A stretch of 64,000 bases of DNA from Tubulanus polymorphus (taxonomy: Eukaryota; Animalia; Nemertea). Shown in pieces: positions 57,462 through 64,000 of the stretch. Both the position numbers and the translations under genes were made by a program. The stretch covers positions 1,798,001 to 1,862,000 of the forward strand of contig NC_134025.1 in the NCBI RefSeq assembly GCF_964204645.1, read 5' to 3'. The notes under the pieces are model-generated. The model had not been told where the DNA came from. It made no database searches and saw only the letters and a list, made by a program, of their open reading frames with translations. Numbering within the stretch: position 1 is the stretch's first letter; the number at the start of each line of letters is the position of its first letter.

Positions 57462-60400
57462 AGAAACACCTTAGAGAATTGCTCATTAACAATCTAAAGT
57501 TGTAAGGTAATAAACATGTTCAAAGGTACATTATACAATCTCAATACATTCGAGAGATAATCCGATAGCAAAACTCACTGCAGACAACAAGATAATCCAA
57601 CTTGGCTATTTGTTTCCATAGAAACCAAATTTAATCAATTGTCAACAGGACGCAGAAATGAGATAGAATTATGACGGGGTTTAAACTCCAGCTTACCTCT
57701 TCACCAAACTACAATTCTAATTCAATCAACTGCCAATAATTTTGACTATCAAATGACTTTATCCACAAAATGTTAATGAAAACCTCTCCGTAATTATCGG
57801 ATATTAAACCAGATCTCGTTGAGATAATCGAGAAAAGAAGAGAACTTACCACAAAATATTCAGCGTACGAAAACCTATACACGGAACTTCTCATAGGAGG
57901 ATGAGAGACCGCATGCATGCGTGGATATATAGACTCAATATGTTACAACACATAACTCTATAGGCTACGCAAACAGTACCAGCTGCAAATAAATCAGCTG
58001 TCATACAATGAATAAACTAGAAAAACCGACTTCGTAATAATTTTCTCATCCCTGTATCGTATCAGATTCTAATAAAACTGGTATATCGATTATTACAACA
58101 CTATAGCGTGGAATTCAGATGAAAAAAATACTGATAGATAAAAAACCGTAAATATGGAAATAATTCCTGAGTTTTCGCGATGATAGCTGCCACCGCTGAA
58201 TAAAACTGGGTAACATCTGGTGAAGTAAAGATTAGCATCAAATACAGTCTCCATAGAGACCGTGGCAGTTTAAGCCGTACATCAGAGAAAAAAATACTTC
58301 TAACAAACTTTCAGCGACTTTTCAATTGAAAAGAGAAGCCCTTGATCTATTTACATATATTTTGAAAGTTTCAAGACTCATTCAACTTACAGTAGTTACC
58401 TGTAAGTTATCGAGAGAGCGAGAAGGAGAGATATTCTACTTCAGTCCGTGGCCGCATATGATTCATTAACTCAACAAGATTCAACTATTTTATTTGTATC
58501 TATGGCAACAGGATAGAATCCCTAAATCATCAGACATCAGCATCCCAAACATCGATACTGCATCACTAGCTGTACTCCATCAACCCCCTGAGATTTATAA
58601 ACCCTGATACAGTGCTGGCTACTTACGTTTACGAGTCATTAGATTAGATATAGGCCTATAACAAATTTCCCATTTCCCGATTACTTAATACGATACTAGA
58701 TTTATACTATCAACTCGTTAAGCCGCTTTATAATTTACTCAAAAATTTCGACGATTAATTAATCGTTTAAAATCCACCATCTATTTGATTTTCATGGTTT
58801 CATCGAACTTCAGTTTGGTTATAACTTATTTGTTTTTTACTTCTAAAACTATCTAATTATATTTAACAGTTTAACTCGTCGAGCCTCTGAATTCATTTAC
58901 GCGTTATTTACTTTGTCAGAATTTATGGATTCACAATGATAGCAGTAGTGAGTGGTTCACCCGACCGAAACAACCATCAAAACTCAGACGCAAAACTAAA
59001 TTCGTGAAATGTGTTTTGGTTACCATGGTAATACATCACATGATGAGTATTGTGACGATAGAGAGGAATCAGGCATCAGTTTTGATGAAATGATTTCTAT
59101 GTATCATCGCCATTCGTCGCCAATAAGCGGTTATATAGTTACAGCCTCTGGGCTCACAGAGACATTGTATCATTTTACCCAGTAACACTTAAAGTGACAA
59201 CTCGACAAAAAGAAAATAGATTGACAATCGCTAGGAATTACTTTCTCAATTGTGGAACTGATCGCATCAACGGAAAAGTAATCAGTTGTTCATTTACTTA
59301 AGAATAGAAATGATTCGAGCAATTCTACGACCAGTATATAGACATTATACACTAATTACTGAAATGAAGATCTATTTGATTTATCATGATGTGATGTGTT
59401 AGATTTGGTTGTTTTTATAGGCTAATATTTCTCGTTAATAATAGACACAATCAGAAAGAATTAAACACAATCAACAAATTAGAATTGTTAACTTCATTTT
59501 CTACAGTATTTTTAATGTAATTTTTTTTTTCAGTAAGGAATATATGGAAGCGGTCATAACTTCAAACATTTTTTTTCTTAATAACTCGAGCAGAAAACTA
59601 GAAATCCAATAGTTGTAGAAAAGGGAGGCTCCACTCATTGAGGAAGTTCTTAAATTCTTGTTCATCCTCTGTGACTAATACATGCTTTATAATAGAGTAT
59701 CAAAATGTCAGGAACCAATAAACACTTTATAATTGCTTACAATAAACACTATTACTATTCAAGCATGTTTTCACTTTCTTAAGTCGGTCGACCGTAAATA
59801 AAAACTAAAGGTCAAACTACAATTTCTCAACCCTTACACAATATAAAGCTTTATTGAGTCAATAGTTCCATGTTGGGCAATGATGTCATAGTTAGACATT
59901 ATTGAATCTGCCCTCAGTCTTCTTTGCTAGTTCTGACTCTGAGGACAAAAGATACTTTGGGCACCTTTTGAGGTGATCAATATAAAACTAAGAAGTGGAA
60001 TTTGACACATGATTTATAGGTATTTAACACCATTGAAAGCCTGCAATATGATGTCTTGAAGTTAACATTTCAAAACTAAACACCCTATTCAATATGTGAT
60101 CCACAGGGATAATAAATTGTGGGGTACCACTCCCTGGCCCCAGCCACCACGGATTAGCCTACACCATGATTCGATCCTCGCTGGATCATTAGACTGGTCA
60201 GTTGAAAGTGACATGGGGAACAATTAGAAAACTAACTGCCTTAGACCAGTACAAAAACCCACTGTCAACTGTGACCAGTCATAGTCTCATGTCTCGAGAC
60301 TGATCGTCGATAAATCAGTCAACCACACACTACACAGACTCTAAATTACTGTGTGAGGCTTTGGGAAGGTAATTTATTCCCGACAAAAGCCTCCCAGCCA

Positions 60401-61416
60401 TTCACGACACCTGAAACTAACTGACCATACCGAATTACCGTGTGTGACTGATAATCGCGGGCTGTTATGCATTGTATAAGAATAAATATACTTACAAAGA
60501 CAATAGTTCAATACAGGAGACACGAGATACATCAAAATAGACGCATTAAAACCACGTGATGACTCTAAACACGTTACCACGTGGCTGTTACAGACTCCTC
60601 CTACTGATAACAGAGGGCGCTACCTGATAGTGATCCTTGTCTATTCCTCAGCTCTGCGGGCTCCTCAATCAATTAAAAACTAAAAGCCAATTCGCGAAAA
60701 TATAAACAACTTTATTTCGCCGTTTTTTTGTATGTACATTAACAAATAAATTATACATGGCAAGTTTTTTGAGAGCAATAGCCTCATAGAAATGAAAAAC
60801 AAAATAAATCATACCCTTACCATAAATCAAAAATAAGTAAAAAGTTGATAAAAATTTGCATATAAAGATACTGAAGCCTATTTTTTCGAGGAGCGATATT
60901 AGAAAACATTCACAGCTGATCTGTATAAGTAGCTAAAAATTGTCTAATAAGAAATATATTAAGTAAAGCGGAGGAGAAAGACGACTGTATTTAGTTTGCT
61001 GGCCATAAATAAAAACATGAGATTCTCGATGTATTTGTTCTCTGAACCGGTATCAAGATAAATAGGAGATTTGTAAGCCATAAAGTTAAATTATTTACAG
61101 CAATTCAAATGTATTTCTAAGGTTAGTACATCTGAAAGTTGCTCCTATGCTTGAGGGTACTGTAATTCTATAAGGTTAGCACCAGATTAAAACAGCAGAT
61201 TTTACTACATTAAAACAATATTGTTATTTTTTGATGTCAGTTGATGGAATGTGACAATTATTACACCATTCAATACAATACACTTAACGTCAAGTACTAC
61301 AAATAAGAACTGGCATTTACTATAAAACATTAACTGTGATTTCAAAAATCTTTCCAAAATGATTTTTCCTCTCATCAGATCCTGATTGTGACTCGAATCG
61401 TTTAACATCTCACACA

Positions 61417-63922
61417 TTATAGTTCGTCATGCCCTTGCTGGTACTGAAATAAAAACAAACAACTTACAATAAACAATGCACTACATTTTCCAGGTGCTTT
61501 TGTTCACAGAGATACATGAATTAAAGATTCCCAAGCATGTCATGGATATTCTTGTGAATTTTTCCAAAATGTAACTGGGGTCTTGCTAAGTGAACATAGA
61601 ATCATACTACAAGAACATTTTAGGGTTGACTAGTCAATCAATAAAGGTGAACAATCACTGAAGAAAGTTGTCCCTGGGCAAGCAATTGTGACATACCAGC
61701 ACATGAAGTTTACTGTAAATTTCCTCAATATTTCCAGGATTAGAGGAATTCCTCGAATATTCTCAAATATTTACAAAACTGGAGGAAAAAATGTTTTAAA
61801 TTCCAAAATTTTTTTTCCGATATCCCGGAACCATGCATCATTACACAATCAGTCACAATAGTTTTATAGCCGTTTGTCTGCAGTGATTTTATTACGCAGT
61901 ATTTCTCTGATTTCTAGGATTGAATATCACAGAACACAACGTTCACTTACTTTATTCGGTGTTCTGTGTTTCATGTATCTCAGCAAATAATCACCATCCG
62001 CCTCAACTTCTTCTCCAGCTAAACTCTATAAAATATGAATAAATAACGATGATCTCACATATCTACGCGGTAAATCATTTAAGCTTTGGGAATGAAACGT
62101 ACTTGTAAACCACCCTCGAATTGAACTCCTTGATAGAATCTGATAGTAGGGTAGTATCTAACTGCGGCTTTACGACAAAAATGTGGATATTGATCACAGT
62201 CTATTTTTCCGCAGTTTACTTGACCTTCTAATTCCTAAAATACAAATAAAAGAAATAAATTTGATTCAGAATATATATGATGTAATCCTCTGAAAAGGTT
62301 CCTCAAGCTAATATCATATTCGACCGGATAAAACCACGAGTTTTTATCACTTCTGATCACTTAAAATTCTTTGTTCTGGATTGAATGTATATTTCAGAAT
62401 TTTGTTTTTAACTTTAGTATTCACATAAGAATGTCGTACAAATCGTTGATTAAGATATCAGTTCAAGGAAATTTTGTGGTTTTCTTTCGTAACATGGGAT
62501 TTATATCTATTAAGTTTATTACGTCTTTCATCGAGTCATGATCAGCAATGTCAACCACTGAACAGCTTACCTGTGCAATTCTCTCAAACTCCGGCGCAAA
62601 CATTTGACAATGTCCGCACCACGGAGCGTATAAATCGACCAACCAAGGTATTCTACTTTTTAATACTTTTTCGTCAAAATTATGCGCATTCAGTACATGA
62701 ACTTTACTGGGTAAAAACTCATAAACCCACGATCTTATCGAATTCGAATCACGGAACCAATTCTGGTAATCACTGAAATATAAATAGTATAATATCATTC
62801 AAATTCTTTTTTCTGCTATGACGAACCAAAAACATTGGATGAGTGAGACCTGTGTCAAATTATTCTATATGAATGTTATCTGGTTCAGGACACACCTCAC
62901 TTACCACAGCATCATTTTGATAGCATTTTAGTATTAAATAAGTGATTAACGGGTGAACGCGCGCTCTATTTAGGCATGGGCCAAATTTTACTCGGGTCAG
63001 ATCATGTCCAGTTTGACCCAGCCCAAATCATCTGTGTGACTACTTACTAATATCTATTGGAATCAGTGCTGCCTTGTGGATAGAGACGGATAGTAGGATA
63101 TGATCTAACATTATTAGCTCGACAAAGTGAAGTGTATTTCTGACAATCGACTTGTCCTATCTTAACAGTCTTCGATTCTTTGAACATCTGCAATAAGAAA
63201 TACTCATTTATTGCAACCTGCCAATCGAAAAACAATGTCCTTATAACAGGAATAAAACAGACCTTAGCCAGTCTCCTCCATTCGGGTGCTAACTGCATGC
63301 ATGGTCCACACCACGGAGCAAAGAAGTCAATAACCCAAATATCATTACTGTCTTTATCACCGATTAGTTCCTCAAATGTATCCTCATTGAGGATTGTCAT
63401 AGGAGGATGAAGTGTATCCTGAAATACAAATAAACTTTGGTCTAGTAAAAATCGGTAAAATCCTCACAAAGCGAATATAATTAGGATTGAATGTCTGACC
63501 TGTATAAAGTCTAGAATACGTTCAGCACTTGGTTTCCCGGAATATTTATGCGCAATTGTCTGATTATACAGTAATGTAGTAGGATATGAACGCACATTGT
63601 ACTGCAACAAACAACATCAAATACAATCAATACATTCATAGATTTTTTTGCAAGAAGGGTTTGAAGAAATACATCTGAAAAGATGCAATTTCTGAGAAGA
63701 TGCCTGTCAAATTTGCAGTTTTAATGATTTCTAGGCAGGGGTATAAACGTGAAAGTCCCCCCTAGATACACCTTGGTGTGTGATCTCTGATAAACTACTT
63801 ACATCTCGACAGAGATTCTGATGCACCGTACAATCAACTGTTCCAAACATTACCGTCTTTTCTTCGTTCATTTTAGCAGCTTTACGATATTCAGGTAGTA
63901 ACCGCATACACGGAGGACACCA
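61417..63922 (-). CDS. DNAJC10: DnaJ subfamily C member 10 (ERdj5), ER thioredoxin-domain disulfide reductase, 3' portion
   Basis: Exons 63922-63803 (WCPPC), 63601-63500, 63418-63263 (DFFAPWCGPC), 63187-63048, 62772-62571 (YAPWCGHC), 62234-62103, 62025-61951, 61443-61417 ending YQQGHDEL*. The WCPPC, WCGPC, WCGHC order plus an ER-retention tail is characteristic of ERdj5. Confidence 0.95.
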
Positions 63923-64000
63923 CTGTAAATTTTTAATTCGATTAATACACAAGCAAACCGGGGCAAGATGCTCAATCGGTCCCATAGACAGGTGACTGTC

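Noticed and set aside
57092-57474. Repetitive Cys/Pro-rich ORFs
   Set aside because: They are translations of a minisatellite that is open in several frames.

Overview
AT-rich genomic DNA from an intron-containing animal. It is probably an invertebrate and possibly a lophotrochozoan, inferred from gene content and the short 75-85 nt minimal introns. No prokaryotic features or CRISPR arrays are present. Six conserved spliced genes were reconstructed by hand: PNISR (-, 3' end runs off the window), CDC5L (-), GDAP2 (-), ENOPH1 (+), a FoxN2/3 forkhead gene (-) and the 3' half of DNAJC10/ERdj5 (-). A seventh small gene, largely missed by the ORF track, lies at 34.4-35.2 kb (-) and encodes an EMI-like plus TB-like Cys/His-rich protein. 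Introns carry many MITEs and minisatellites. The most unusual region is the 13-kb GDAP2-ENOPH1 interval. It holds a GC-rich ~620-nt hairpin whose mismatches are biased toward G:U pairs on the + strand, followed by a tandem array of non-coding exon-intron units that all keep their GT donors. Together these are a candidate spliced hairpin-RNA (endo-siRNA precursor) locus. Also notable are a cluster of RFX X-box motifs across the FoxN locus, a nested piggyBac-like insertion, a duplicated splice acceptor in CDC5L and a probable GC-AG intron in GDAP2. All coordinates and counts were derived manually and may be off by a few bases.
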